Source: Bilabrum cf. latius (lineage: Eukaryota). From it: a stretch of DNA of 64,000 nucleotides. Shown piece after piece: positions 14,032 through 27,300 of the stretch. A program made the translations under genes and the position numbers. Each line of letters starts with the position of its first letter. Within the stretch, counting starts at the first letter, position 1. Below the pieces are notes generated by a model that searched no databases, was not told where the DNA came from, and was given only the letters and a program-made list of their open reading frames with translations. Location: NCBI GenBank assembly GCA_965178125.1, contig OZ237763.1, positions 310,001-374,000 on the forward strand, read 5' to 3'.

Positions 14032-17000
14032 ATGGCAGCCACATGTCGATTCTTCTCAAGCAAATCATACAAAGAGTCGGAAAAGGCTTGTAATGAGCTT
14101 ATTCCCCGTCCAAGGCCTGACTTTAGCGAAGAAGAAGTACTAGTAAGGGCGGTATCACTAAATTGCAGCCAGCCAGCAGTATTAGATTCTCTAGAATCTA
14201 AGTTGCAGCCAGCCAGCAGTATTAGATTGTCTGTTTTGCATTCAAGTTGCCCATCATTGTAGGTCTCCGGGGGTACCCTGCTCCATCTTGCCGCGAAGCA
14301 CTGCGACCCACGACTGTCCGAGCTCTTTATGGCTAAGGGTGCCACATGCGTGACCAAAGACGACGTGAGCGTGCATCGTTGTTTCGCGCACTTCAAGCTG
14401 ATTTAATAAAGCATCGCCGTATCTCGGTTAAATTTTATTACCACCTCGTCACCCTGCACCGTCCCCACAGAAAGGTCGTACGCCCATCCATTTCGCCGCC
14501 AGCCGCGGGCTGGCCCGCACTTGCACACGCATGATGGCCTCGGCCATCAAAGACCTCAAGCGGCGGAACATTCCCGTGGGCGCATTCCTACAAGATCACG
14601 TAAGTTTGGAGCGGGGCCATACTGACCCACGGGTGGTGCTGCACATATCGGGGGGCGCTGTGGCACTTGCTCACCCAGTGCCTGCCACCGGAAAAGAAGG
14701 TATATTCATTAAACTGTTCCGCCACTCATGCACCGGATTGTTTTGTGTCTGCCCGCTGCATTCGAACCTTGCTTCTCGCCGCAGCATGGCCGCACGCCGC
14801 TCCACTACGCAGCAGCCTTCGGATACCCCAAGACCTGCAAAACCATCGTGGATGTCTACCGCGCTGGGATGCGGGGCAGCGATGCCGAGGAGGACCGCGA
14901 CGATTTTCTCGACTTAGAGGACGAGGTGAGCCTGTGTGGATTCTCTGGTTGACTGAGCCTGGGGAGGGGGTCGGGTTTTTCAGTGATGTACCAGTGCCAT
15001 TGCTGCAACCAAGGCCCGGCTGTGGAAGTACCGATACCTCCAAACGGCACATCGTCCTGCATTACTATGTACAGCACTTGATGCCTCCATCATTATTCGC
15101 TGTGCTACATAAACTCTTTCTCTCTGCAAGATTGGGTAGTGTGTGCTTTGACTCAAACATTTGGTATTCTCTCTGCAAGCAGCGAGGATACACGGCCTCA
15201 GCCGTTGCTGCCATCAGGGGCTTCCCCGAGGTGTTCTCCGCGCTGAACAGCCACGGTGGTGAAGACGCGCTTATGAGGCTGACATTCGGGGTGAGAGACT
15301 CGTGTACCGCTCATCATAATGCGAACATGGCACGTTGTGGGTGCGGGACTTCGCCATGATCATGGGTCTCGGAGCTTCGGCACGGCCAATCAAACAGCAC
15401 TATGGATTGCACACAGCTCCTGAGCTCCCGGATTGACGTTCCCCGCAGCCGAACGGCCAGTCTTGTTTCCATGTAGCCGCGGAGAAAGGCCACCTGGGCA
15501 TCGTAAAACTCGCGCCTGGCTCACATGAAATGCTGGGTCACCGTGCAGCAGTGAGAAGACCGGCCCTTTGTGCAGACTAGAGTATCGCAGCAAGACTTGG
15601 CCGCCTTCCTACAAGGAATATATCATTAACGCCATGGAAATGTCATTTTGATGCGCAGGAAGGCGGTACTATGCTGCAGTTCGCGGCGCAGCAGGGGCGG
15701 CTGGCCGTGGTGGAGCACCTGCTTCACGAGGCACGTAGACTTGGCTTTCCACTCGAAGACCTGGTGGACGATGTGAGCACAAACTAGCCACCAAGATAGT
15801 AGTCGTTGAATATGGACGATTGGCAGCCGCTCAGCTAGCTGTAATGTCACCGAGAGACTCATTCGGGAACAGAACACCAGGTTATGGAGGCTAATGAATC
15901 CAGCCACAATCGATTGTTGTTCCCACCGCAGCACGGATCTACGCCGCTGCATGCCGCATGCATGAGCGGTCATGCCAAGGTCTGCAAGGCTCTCATCGAA
16001 GCTGGTATTCCGGTCAACACTGTGCAGCGCAAGGTAAGGCTATCCGCGGTACAGCTTGTCGCTGCCACAGAACCCATTTTGTAGACGAGCACAAAAGAAG
16101 AGGAAGAAAGATTCCTGTTGAACTTTCCAAACACAATTGGCTGACTGGATTTCGTGTCCTATTCACCGCAGCACGGCGTGCTTGCCCTCCATATGGGCGT
16201 CCACTGGGAGCGAGTCGTCGCGTGCGGGGTGCTGATCGCCAACGGAGCCGACCTGAGCCACCGCAATTTTGTGAGGTCGTGGCCACGAACCGTGCCTGAA
16301 TTTATCGCATTGTTTTATCACTCCTTCTGTACCGTCACTAGGATTTTCTCTTCTAGCTCGCAGAACGGGGAGTTCCCGATGGACGAAGCCGAGCCGGGCT
16401 CGATCCTGCGCCTTGCACTCGAGGAGGCGGGCATGGACAACGACAAGTGCGTCGAGCTTCTGCTCGAGTATTCCAATCCGGAAGATGCGGCCAAGCTGCG
16501 CGATCTCGTTCGGGATGACCGCCGACGGAAGGCACTTCTTCGGTTCAGGTGCGCTGTCGATGTTCCAGATGCACCCGCCAAAATTGCGACCGCTGTGCTG
16601 GATGGGGATAAGGAAACGGTGCAGAGGTATAATGGAATCTTCTCGGGCGATGGCGACTTTCTTAAGGCTTGCTGTACCCTGCCAAAAGAAGCAGCGGCAA
16701 GTTTTGAGGCTGTCCAGTAGGACTCAGGACCATCGGCAGGTGAAGGGTTCGGTTTCCAAGCCGGGCCCCTTGCCATTGCCGTCTTGCGCAACGACTGTAC
16801 TATCACGCGCTCCCTCATTGAGCGAGTTGAGGCCTTCTGCGACGTTGATGCTCAATTAACGAATCCCATGTCGCGGCGGTCCCGGTTGAGGCGCAAGCTT
16901 CTGCTGGATTTTATCACCCGCCAGTCGGTTGCTCCTGTCGGCTGCCCCAGCAAGCCTGGTGACGCATTCACCACGACTCTGGTAGAACTGTGCTGGATGA

Positions 17001-18034
17001 TGAAGGGAAAAGGCAGTCGCAGTGACGCAGCCGCAGAGGTGCTAGATTGGATGCGGAGCTGCGTGGTGCCCTTTTCAGTCGACGATTTCCAGACTGCAAT
17101 CGAATACGGGTGCGCGGGCGGCGACACTGCAAGCAGCAAGGCGGCGGCTTTGATGTTCAAGGACGCGAACATCAGCGCCAACAGGTGGCAAGTCCTGCTG
17201 GCTGAGCCATTAACCGCCTCACAGTCGCCAAAAGCCGCAGCAAAGACCAAGTTCAAGCCGAAGTCAGGGAGGCGAGGACGGCGTGGGAAGAGGAGGGGCA
17301 CCGCATCTGTGGCTCGTGCTGCTTCCGCTTCTAGTGGCGCCGGAAGTGGCACGAAGTCGTACATTAAGCCGTCCAGCAGGGAGCTGCCCATCGACATTCG
17401 GGCCACGTTCACGCCCCCAACTGTCCGCTGCTCGCATTTCGCAGACCGGGCCTTCCAGAAGGGGAATTCGCTGCGTGCTCGTTTGGAGTCCGTGCGTAAG
17501 CAGGCCAAATCTTCGCTGATGGGATAGCTTGCCGATTGTCTTGTGCATCGCACTGCAGGTATGCACCCCTATAAACTGGCTGCTGGCAAAGAGATTACCC
17601 AGGACCAGCCTGACGAGGCGGAGGATCCCGTTCAATGCGATGACACGGAGGCTGACTTCTCCCCGACAACCGACGTGAGTCCATTCGAACTTGACATGCA
17701 CGGGCCCGACGAATTCCTCGTGTTCCCGAGCGACGAGGAGGACGTGTGGCAGTGCTCCTTCAACACGGAGGGCACCAAGTCGAGGCCAAACGAACTGCAT
17801 CGCGCGCTCACGCCCGAACGGCAGAAAGACAGGGGCATTGGAACGCAGCCCATGTTCCGCGAGATGAGCGGCTGGCGGAGGTTCGACGGGACACCGGTCG
17901 AATTGGGCAGCAGGAAACCGAAGCAGGTCGATGGCCTGTAGGCGCTGGCGGCCGCGATGGCAGAAGTGAAAGGTGTGGCGCCTGGGTCGATGTCGACAGT
18001 AGATGCTCTATTCAGCTTGATGGATGGCTTCTGA
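14032..18034 (+). CDS. Ankyrin-repeat protein (~858 aa), 9 exons: 14032-14142, 14263-14364, 14471-14599, 14785-14925, 15183-15290, 15659-15772, 15932-16033, 16172-16270, 16364-18034
   Basis: Successive exons translate as ankyrin units: SGGTLLHLAAK, KGRTPIHFAAS, HGRTPLHYAAA, RGYTASAVAAI, EGGTMLQFAAQ, HGSTPLHAACM, HGVLALHMGV, NGEFPMDEA. All are flanked by phase-0 GT..AG introns. The last exon joins ORFs 16154, 16784 and 17543 (same frame) through TAG at 16718, 17525 and 17939, and ends at TGA 18032-18034. Confidence 0.8.
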
Positions 18035-18246
18035 TGTGAAGCTTCCTGTTGAGACCCGTTGCGACCATTGCTGGACGCGGAGTCGCTGTGCGCAATCCGA
18101 TGACCCATGGGATGTTAACGGATTCGAGTGCATGGGCTGGGGTCGGATTTGGGTGCGATTTGCATTTAGCCGGAATTAACTTTTAAATCTAGAAGAATCT
18201 GACTGGAGTATGAGCTGTGCTACTATTCCTAGCGACAATCGATGGA

Positions 18247-21200
18247 TCACCGTGCACGGTCAACAAACTCCCAGACCGCATCCCAACCTTCCGCTTGCTC
18301 TTTACGCTGCTGCCGATGCCGCAGAGCTGGGAGGGGCTATTCTCCGAATGCCTCAACAGAAGTAGAACCCCCACTATCCGGCATTGGCGGCGACAACATC
18401 GAGTCGTCTACTCCTGCTCCCAAACCCAATCCACTCGGGTCCATACCTGCTCCAATCCCGCTCGAGGCAGGAGCGGCGACGCCCAGTAGAGTCGCGGCGT
18501 GCCTGCAAGCTCGCCTGAGCACGGCTTCCAGCTGCTCCTTATACCTCATCTCTGTGTAGTCCACGGTGCCCTCCAGCCCTCGAATACAACGCACAAGCCA
18601 CACACCGATGGCATCCACCGGATCATCGCCGATCGCACCGTCTGCAGCTTGAAAAGGCGAAGCTCCGCCAGCTCTTTTCGGCGGGGAACTCGATCCAGAT
18701 CCTGCATGGGACAACCACGCCCCTATGCTGCGCATTAGTCCGGCGGACTGCACCCCAAGGACGGTGTGACACGCTGCGATGCGCACTTTGAAATAAGGCG
18801 CCTGAGCCGCTGCCTCGAGGCTGGCTTTCATCGCCAGTCCCAGCCACCTTGGTGCGATCGGTGCTGGCGAGGGCACTGGCCCACGCGGTGCGATACCCTC
18901 AATCGCCACACCAAGCGCGTAGCACGCGTTCCAGCGCGTCTTGGCAGAGTGCTGGTCGTCTGTGAGACACCTGGCCAGAGTCATGAAGGCCTCCGGGATG
19001 TGCTTGGGCACCGTGACGCACGCCGTCCTGGACGAGCCCGGATCGCTTGCACGTCTGCTCACTGGAGACCCGTGGCCCGCTGAAGCAGCCGGCATCCCGG
19101 GGGCAGCTTTGCCCGTGTCTTGTATGCTGGCATCGGCACCCATGCTAGCGGTGCTATGGATAGAGAGCGCAACGCGAGCCGCAGCACCCAGCGCCCTCGT
19201 TGCAGCACTCACCACCTTATCTTTCTCTCCGCATGCCACTAAAAGAGCCTCCACGCACCGGTTCACCATGTCTGAACCGATAACCGTGCCGATGCTGCCG
19301 TACCAGTCAGGTGATTGCCCCTCGGCTAGTTTGGCAGATGAGGCATCGTGGCTGTCTTTTTCGTCTCCCGTGGCTCCGCTAGAGGCACTTGTGCCTGCCC
19401 CTGACGTGCTGAAATCGTTTGCTCCCTTGTCCTCTGCCCCTTCGTTGCGCGCAGTCGGCTCCAGCAGCACGCAGCCCAGCGCCCAGCTGGCTCTCACCCG
19501 GACCTGCACCCCTTTGTCAGTCAGGCCGTCCAGTGCGGCCTGCGCCACGGACCGAAGATCTCCCGGTCTAGTGCCTGATTTGCGGGAGCAGAGAGTTCCA
19601 AGCAAATGAAACCCAGCCGCTCGTGCGGCAGATACGGCGTCATCAACGGCGGCCAGCCCCAGCGCGATCGGCGCGGATGGCTGGGTCTGCGTGTCACCAG
19701 CAGACGACTTGCTGGACTTCGCAGCGTCTGTCTTGGGCACCCCAGCAGCCCGTTGCTACGAATGCTGCTCCCAGTCTTCCGGTAGCACGTGTGCAAGGCA
19801 CTACAGCGCACACGTGCGTACTCCCGCGGCTGGGTCCTCGCACGCCTGAGGCAACAAGGAGCCGAGAGCCTGCGCCATGGTCACAGGGCCGGGGGACGCC
19901 TCCGAAGCTGGATCGGTATCACCTGCACCGACAGATGCGCCACCAGCTGATCCAGCTGATGTGCGTCTGCTGTCTCCCCCGTCTGTAGTCTTGCCTTCCT
20001 GCAGCACGGGCAAGGCAGCACCGAGCGCCTCCGTCACCGCAGAGTCAACTCGCTTGGCCGCTGCCAGGTTAGGCTGCAGCTCCAGCCTCCGTCTAGCAGC
20101 CGCTCTTGCCCTCAGTACCTCTTCAAGGACCCTCAGAGCAGAAGATCGAATGCCAGCGCTAGAATCCTCCAAAGCAGTGCGGATGATGCTACTGATGTCG
20201 CGGGGCCAACGGCGCTTGGACGCGAATGCCGCCGTGTGGTGCCGGGCCACTCGGGCCAGCAGCGTAAGACCTTCCTATCGTATCTGCTGCGCCGCATCCG
20301 GCGCAGAAACGCAGCGAATCACGGCATCGAGTACCTTTTCTCCCACTCTTGCCGCATCCCCCACCACGCCCATCGGCTGCCCGGCCGCAGGCTATAGCAG
20401 CACCCGTCGAACCTCTGATGGCCCCGCCCTCGCGCCCACAAAGCAGGCCATGCACTGCAGTGCAGCGACACGGACCACGGGCGCATCGCTGCGGATGTGC
20501 CTGAGGATGCAAGGCGCCATGGACCGGAGGAGGGAGCCCCCCTCCAGCAGTCGATCGTACGGAGTTGCTGCGATCAGCGCACTTGCCGATCGAAGCACCA
20601 GCTGCACCTCTGTGGAAGATGGTGAACCGGGTGCTTGCACAGACGTAGACGAGCCGCTGCCTCTGTCTGCCTTGCTACTACTGCCTGACCTGCCCGGCCA
20701 CCTGCCGCCCACACCGCGGCGCTTGCCCGACTCTGCGCCTGACGCTGAGGACCAGCCGCCTCCTGCTGCAATGCCAGCTGACGTGAAGCCGTCAGCACCG
20801 CTCCCACCTCTATCGGAAGCAGAGCCTGCATCCGAGCCCACCCTTGAGCCACGCCTGCGGCCTCGCAAGCTATCACCCGGCTGCGCCGAGGAAGCCTCAA
20901 GCGCAGCTACGTTGAGAGGACCGCGCAGGAGAAGGAAGCATACACCCCTGTGCAGCTCCACCACGATGGCCTTGGTTCGGTCTGACGCAGTTGTCACACC
21001 AGCGAGCGCAGCTCTCCGGGCACGAGCCCGTGCGATGGCGCTGCGCCCCTTGGGACCAGCAGTGGACAAGCCCACACCGTCGCCGTCGTCATCCTCCACG
21101 TCCATGCCGAACGACTTTGGGATCAGCTGCATTGTGACTTCCAGGGGCAGGCGATCGGCCTTCGTGTGACGAGTGAGATGCGATGCGGTAGAGTCGGCAG

Positions 21201-24143
21201 CCGTCTTCGGTTCATCAGGCTGCTTGGTTTCGTTGTTCCCCCGTGCTGCTGCCTTTGCTTTGGCAGCGTCGCTCTCGGCTTTGCGTGCAGCAGCGCGCTT
21301 GCGCCTAGCGCCGATGGGCAGGATCGCAATCCATTTGGCAAGAGGGGCGCCGTCCAGGATGGCCGCCACGGCATCTGCGGCCGCCTCCCGCACCTTAGGG
21401 CTGGGGTCGTAGAGGATAACGGTCACGAGGCTGGGCGCGAAGGGCTTGTCATCGAGGGAGTCCACCTCGGGCAAGAAGAGCGCCCATCGGCCCTGTACGA
21501 GCTTCGGGCTGGCCCGTGAGACGGCTGCAATGCACTGCAGTGCGCTGCACCGGACGCGTACAGCGAGGTGCATGTGGCGAGTCGCGAGCGTTTCTACCAA
21601 TTGGGGCCTTGTGCCGGCTGCGCTGGCAATGCTGGGATCTTCACCAGCGCCGCTGGTAGTGGCCTTGCTTGCTGCATGTATACACGACGTTGATTCATTG
21701 TCGGAGCCTGGCAGGGCAGGAGGCTAGATCTGACGCTTCGGGGAGGCGCTTCCGTCCGGTGATGCCACGAATCCGACGGCTGGATGCAACTGCCTAGCTC
21801 GGTGCTAGTCCCGCCGTCCCGACTGCTCCTTGCCGAGGAGTGCGCTGGCGAGGTCTGTCTTGGACGGACCCGAGGACAGCTTGAAGGTCTGCCTGTTGCC
21901 CTGCTTCTGGCAAGGCATCAGACTGTCGCCGTCAGTCCCAGGGGTCGAGCTCTTCGCCGCCATGACAGTAGCGTCCCGTGCTGGCTTGGTGCCGCTATCC
22001 GTTCGAGGTGGCGTGAGGATGCGAGCCCTAGCCCTGCTGCGATCCAGCACCGGAGATGCGGCCGGAGAGCCGCCCGCGGCTGCTTCACTATCGATGAGAT
22101 GCGAGGGCTCGCGGTCTCCGCCCCCGCGTCTTCGCGGCGGCGTCAACGGGGAGTCTGCGTCGTTGCTCAGCGGCCTCCCTGCCCCCATGTCTCGAGCAAA
22201 ACGTCCAATTGTACCCTAGCTTCCATCCTTCGTTGCATTCTTGCGCACACTTGCTGGTGATGGCTGCTGCATCGCCCCGGCTCCAACGATAGCTTCGGGA
22301 TGCGCCGCCCCCGCCCCCTGTGCCGGCTTCCTCCTCCCGTTGAATCCCATGCACTGGTGCAAATACCGCAGTAGCTCGTCCAAATTCACGCGATACTGCG
22401 CTACACACCTGGGAAGGACACTCTAGAGAGCACGCAGGGAGCTACTCAGAAGCCGGGCGCTGTCTGCCAGCGGGATGAGATTGGAGCCTTCGAGGTAGGC
22501 ACAGAGTCTAAGGGACCGAAAAAGAGGACCGTACAAGAGCGTGTGAGCCCGAGCCGAAATGGCTCGCTGACCCCCCTTCATCACCACGTTGCTGGCCGCC
22601 ATCTGAGCCCAGTGCCTACCCACGCACAGCTACCTCCACACGTGCTCCTTTTGCATCGATTCTACTCCTCGTACCCTACTGGCTACCGCGCTGCTGCTGG
22701 CACTGCGCCCTGCCCGCGTCGCCGTCGCCGCGAACTCTCCTACTTGCTGTCCTACATTGATAGGCACCGCCAGAAGCTCTTCTAGTACCTGGATGATGAC
22801 TTGGTGAAGCTCTCCGCACCTATCTGCATTCTCGTGCAGCACTAGAGAGAGGGCCTGGCTGGACGCCACGGCAGACGCTGCGTGCTTGGTCGCGAGTGCG
22901 ACCGGGTCCCCATCCTGGGGCGGGCTGCCTGCGCTGCCTGATGCTGCGGTGGCCACTATTGATTGCTTTGGGGATGATGCATCGCTTCCTATCGTTTTAT
23001 CCTCGGCGCGGCCATGACCAGACCTCGTTCCAGGTGCACTATCGCTTGCTCCCGCACCAGACCGATGAGCCCCGCTCCTGTCCTCTCGCTGTCCTTTAAG
23101 CCGCAGCCCAAGGAACTCTCTGCATGCTCTCACGCTGTGCATAGCAGCAGCAAGAAGCACTCTCACCACGGGGCCGGTATCACCAGCTGACATCTCGATC
23201 GGCTGCGCCCGTGCTGTCCTGCACATGACCCCGGCGAACTGCTGGAGGCACTGCTCCTGCTGCCTGTCAAGCTGTGGCCCTCTGAGGGCACTGGCAAGTG
23301 CGGCTGCTTCGCGCTTCGATGCTTCTGCGGCTGTCTCTGCTGTGGAAACGATTGATTCAGATGGGCCAGGCATGCCTCCCCGCCCCGATGCAGCGGTGGA
23401 TGCAGCTGCTGCTCGCTTGGACGTTGATGCGGTGGACCAGAGACTGGATGACACGGGCCCATGATCCGCTCCAAATGCACCGATGCTTGCCTGCTTGCCC
23501 CATCCAGTGACGGCCGCTGTGGCATTCGCGGCCGAGACTGCCATCCTGCCTACGTCCTCGACCGATATGTCCCGACTGGGGAGACGGACCGAGCCAGCGG
23601 CTTCCAGCTGCTTGAGCAGGGCCGAAGGATCGCTCGCCGGAGATGTCCTGCTATCTGAGTGTTCATCCAGATGACTGCCGGCGATTCGCCCAAACTCCGA
23701 GACGATCTGTCGCCATACACGTCGCGGTCCGGCAAGCAGGCGGTCCACTCTCCGGTCGCTTAGGCCGCCTGACGGCTGAGCTTGCGTCCCCCCTGCAGGT
23801 GGACGCGACCTCGATCCCGGTGGTACATACTTCGAGTGGACTTTTGGTTGATACTCTTTTGTTTTCTTGCCATCCTGTCGGCTTTTGCGGCTCCTCAAGC
23901 GAGGGGTGCGCCTGGACTGTGAGAATGCAGGCGATGCTGCCAACGGAGATTGTGGCGTACCTTGGTCAGGCGACGTACTGCGTTGAAAGTAGATACTTTT
24001 GATACATTCCAAAAGTAGCAATTGGGACAAAATACTTCGAAGAAAGACCATGAGTAATAGTATAGGCAGTCGACTGGTTCAAAAGACAGCCTTCTCTCAC
24101 CTAGCTGGAGCAGCTCCTGCCTGAGCCCTGCTGCGAGATCCAT
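18247..24143 (-). CDS. HEATR6: HEAT repeat-containing protein 6 homolog (HEATR6/DUF4042), ~1,900 aa; 5' exon structure uncertain
   Basis: Fragments 22630, 22423, 21805, 20392, 19801 and 18337 share one frame, joined by 10 TAGs and ending at TGA 18247-18249. Motifs VRCSALQCI...WALFLPE...SLVTVILYDPSPKVREAA, ATPYDRL, KTRWNACYALG and YFKVRIAA match HEATR6. The likely start ATG at 24143 is followed by a GTGAGA donor at 24100. A possible 17-nt micro-exon lies at 23977-23961, with the main exon from about 23916. Confidence 0.82.
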
Positions 24144-24325
24144 TCTGACCGAACCGCGGAGACCTATCTCTCCATGACATACAGGAGTGCCGCCAATTCA
24201 GCTGAATGAAGAGTTTGCTGCCGTTTCGATCGGAGCCACAATTTCGTTCCTGTGAGGCATCCAGAGCCGTTTGGGAGCAAGAGTCATTCTTGGCAGTCTG
24301 CACGCGGACTGTTCAAGATATTACA
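24144..24325. promoter_or_regulatory. Probable compact bidirectional promoter between divergent HEATR6 and NPHP4
   Basis: Only about 180 bp separate the two predicted head-to-head start codons (24143 minus, 24326 plus). No motif was identified, so the call rests on position alone. Confidence 0.45.
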
Positions 24326-27300
24326 ATGTCGGATCCTTCTAGTCGTAGACGATCATCTTAGGAAGCAGGGCCTCAGGGTGGTGGAAGCGTTCGAAGGGTG
24401 CAAGCTCAGATTGCAGCCTTCTTGAGGCGATAGCATCTGTATAACCAGATCCCTCATCCTTACCCAGAAAGCCTCAAGTCTTAGAATAGCCCACGTAGAG
24501 GTAAGCAATATGAATTGTGCTTGTTTTGGTCGTGGCTACTAAGAGCTATCGGATTCTCAAGTGTTGCGACCACTGTAGTTGCACTATCATCCCTCCTCAC
24601 GCAGCTTTTGTGCTGTACTTGGCCGGGAGCACTGTTCTAGTGCCGAGAGCATTATCTAGCACAAGCCCGGCAACGCAGCTCAGGCTGCGCTACCGAATTC
24701 ACCTGTTCGACAAGGCCACGGGTGTGTTTTTTGGCAGGACCTTTGTGACTTCGCGTGGGCAACTGCTCACGGCGAGTCGCCGTGGAAATGGCCCAGCTTC
24801 AAGCCAGGCCGATGTCATGCTATACGATGCCTAGGGCCCCGGAGAGCTCGCGTACGTGCATACTAGGGCAAATTCAGACGACATCATCGCCGCGGTGGAG
24901 GCCACAGTGGCCGTGTGCTCCAGGCGGCCTGTCGACCCAACGGCAGCGCTCCGGAATCATCAGCGGGAGCTGGAGGCATCTGCACCAAGCGAATCGCCAT
25001 ATGAAGAGGCGATCCAGAAAGCGGCGGCGGCCAGAGTTGCCCCGTCCACGTGGCATGACGGCGGGCTGGTCACGCTGCACGAAGTCTGTGAGCAAGCGGT
25101 CTGCATCTGCAGTCGTGTCATAGCCACAGCTTGCCTTCACAGCCGCGCGTATTGTGCCCCTTCAATAGCTAGCAACATCTACTTCAAGCCTTGTCGTTTT
25201 CTCCTGCTTGCACCGCAGCTGTTGGCTGGGCCCCACTGACGATGTTCAGTCCAAGCCGTACGGCCTCTTTGGCTGACGCCGCCAGCGTTACGACCCTGAC
25301 AGGAGAGGGCGCTCCCAAGCGAATATCGGTGCCTTTGCTCCAGGGAACACCGAGGGCACTGGTGGCCATGCATTCGTCCAACAGGCTGCACACACTGTAC
25401 GGTGCCAGAGCGCCCCCGAGCGATTCGGCCATCGTAAAGGCACAAACGGGCAGACAGGCAGGCGGCCAGCAGAGGCAGCAGCTGATGAACGAAGAACTCG
25501 CCCCGCACGTCCTGGCGCACAAACCTCCTTCGACTTTGCAAGGCACCAAGCTGCAGTACGTGCTGCTCAAGCACCCATCAGCCGCCCCCGCGCTGTCCAA
25601 CGTCGCTCCTCCGGATACCTTCATCGGGCCGTTCGACGTCCTGCCCGGCCTGGTGCCCGTGCGTGTCCCTCGGTCACTCGCCGCGGGAGCCGGCACGCTC
25701 GTCACAGGGAGAGCGGTCTCAACCGCGCCTCCAGCCGTGGCATGTCTCCTGCCAGAGGTCTCTTCCTTCTCCTCCGACTCGTCGCACGCAGCTGCGCCCG
25801 CACCAGCCATCATTGCGATGCCCAAGCTAGCCCCCAGACTCTGCCTCTCGGCGCAGCGAATCGCCCTGATGCTGCCCGCAGGATTCTCCAAGAGGGTGCT
25901 GGAGGCCTGCGTGCGAAGGCTGGAGGTGGACATGTGCTACAAGCGATCGGAGACTGACTTAGGCGAGGGTGTGTCCAGAGATCTCCTCAGTCGGTCCAGG
26001 CTGCAGGGCGCAGAGCTGCACCTGCAGCTGCACTCTGGAGTGCACGTCATGGAGGAGGCCACAGTGCCGCTCAAGATGGGCAGTGGAGGTGCCGGTAACC
26101 TTGGCGGTGGCATGGGCGGCATGCTGGCCATCGAGGACCCGGCAGCGGCGGCGAGAGCAGCGGAGGCCGCCATTCCCGGCCCCGGTGCAATGCGAGGCAG
26201 CACGATGCTTCTGTCCGACAGGGCAGTCCTGTTCCGCTCCTATGCGCCTCATCCCGCGGTGGCACTCGTGGCCAGCGTTCGCTTCATCGTGGAGCTCCCC
26301 ATGCTTCAGCCTGGCGAGGACGGTTCCCATCAAAGGGATGACTCGGGCATGCAGCACATGCAATAGCAGTAGCAGCAGCAGCAGGGAGGCGCGGTCGCGT
26401 CGGCCACCGGGATCATGCAGCCAGAGCAGCCGGCCCCCATGAGCGGGCACGTCGTGCTCGGCCGGTTTGCACAGCGCAAGATCATGGTGGGTAAACAGGT
26501 GTACCCCCTCTTCGATGGGCAGTCTATCCATCTCTCCAACGCGTCGCCAATGAGCAGGAGCGCAAGGCAAGATCCGTCCGATGGACGTCCTGATTCCTCT
26601 AGAGAAACGGCAGGCCCGTACACCAGAAGGCCTTTGGAGCTGCCTCTAAGAGCCCCCTATGCCTCCAATGCAATAGTGCGCGGCCTGTGGCTGGAGCGCG
26701 GCGGCGGGGACGCTCTGTTGCAGGAGCAGCCTTAGGTGTACATCTACGGACCCGAATCGCCTGTGGTCGGAATGAAGCTGGCACTGCACGGCAGCGAGGC
26801 GGCCAAAGCGGCGCCCAAAGCACAGCAGGTGGGTGAGGGGGCCGGCACCATGACCGTTGTGGCCCCGCAGCCGTACGCACCCGAAGACCCCGCCGCAGCA
26901 GATCGTGCCAGGCGAGAGGCTGCGGAGCGCAGGCAGCGGCAGGACGACCTAGACAGGAGGGCGAGGGATCTGGAGGAGCAGCGCAGGAGGGACGAGGAGA
27001 AGAGGAGGGAGTTCGAGGACGATCGCAGGCGGCGGGATCGTGACGACAACGACCGTGACCGTGACGACATCCGTGACAGAGACCGCGACTACGGCAGGGA
27101 CAGGGGTGATGACGGTGACGGTGATCTGGAAGACGAGCGACGGAGGCGACGCGAGGCGGAAGAGGAAGCGGCCGAGCAGCGCAGGAGGGCGGCAAGGCAT
27201 GAGGAGGAGCTCAGGAGGCTAAGGGAGAAGAGGGAGCGGGAGAGGGAGGAGTGGGAGAGGGAGCGCGACGATGAGATTAGGAGACTCAGGGACAAGATGA

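Noticed and set aside
14163-14228. 26-bp direct repeat (ttgcagccagccagcagtattagatt) in the first ankyrin-gene intron
   Set aside because: It is a small local duplication with no evidence of a mobile element or function.
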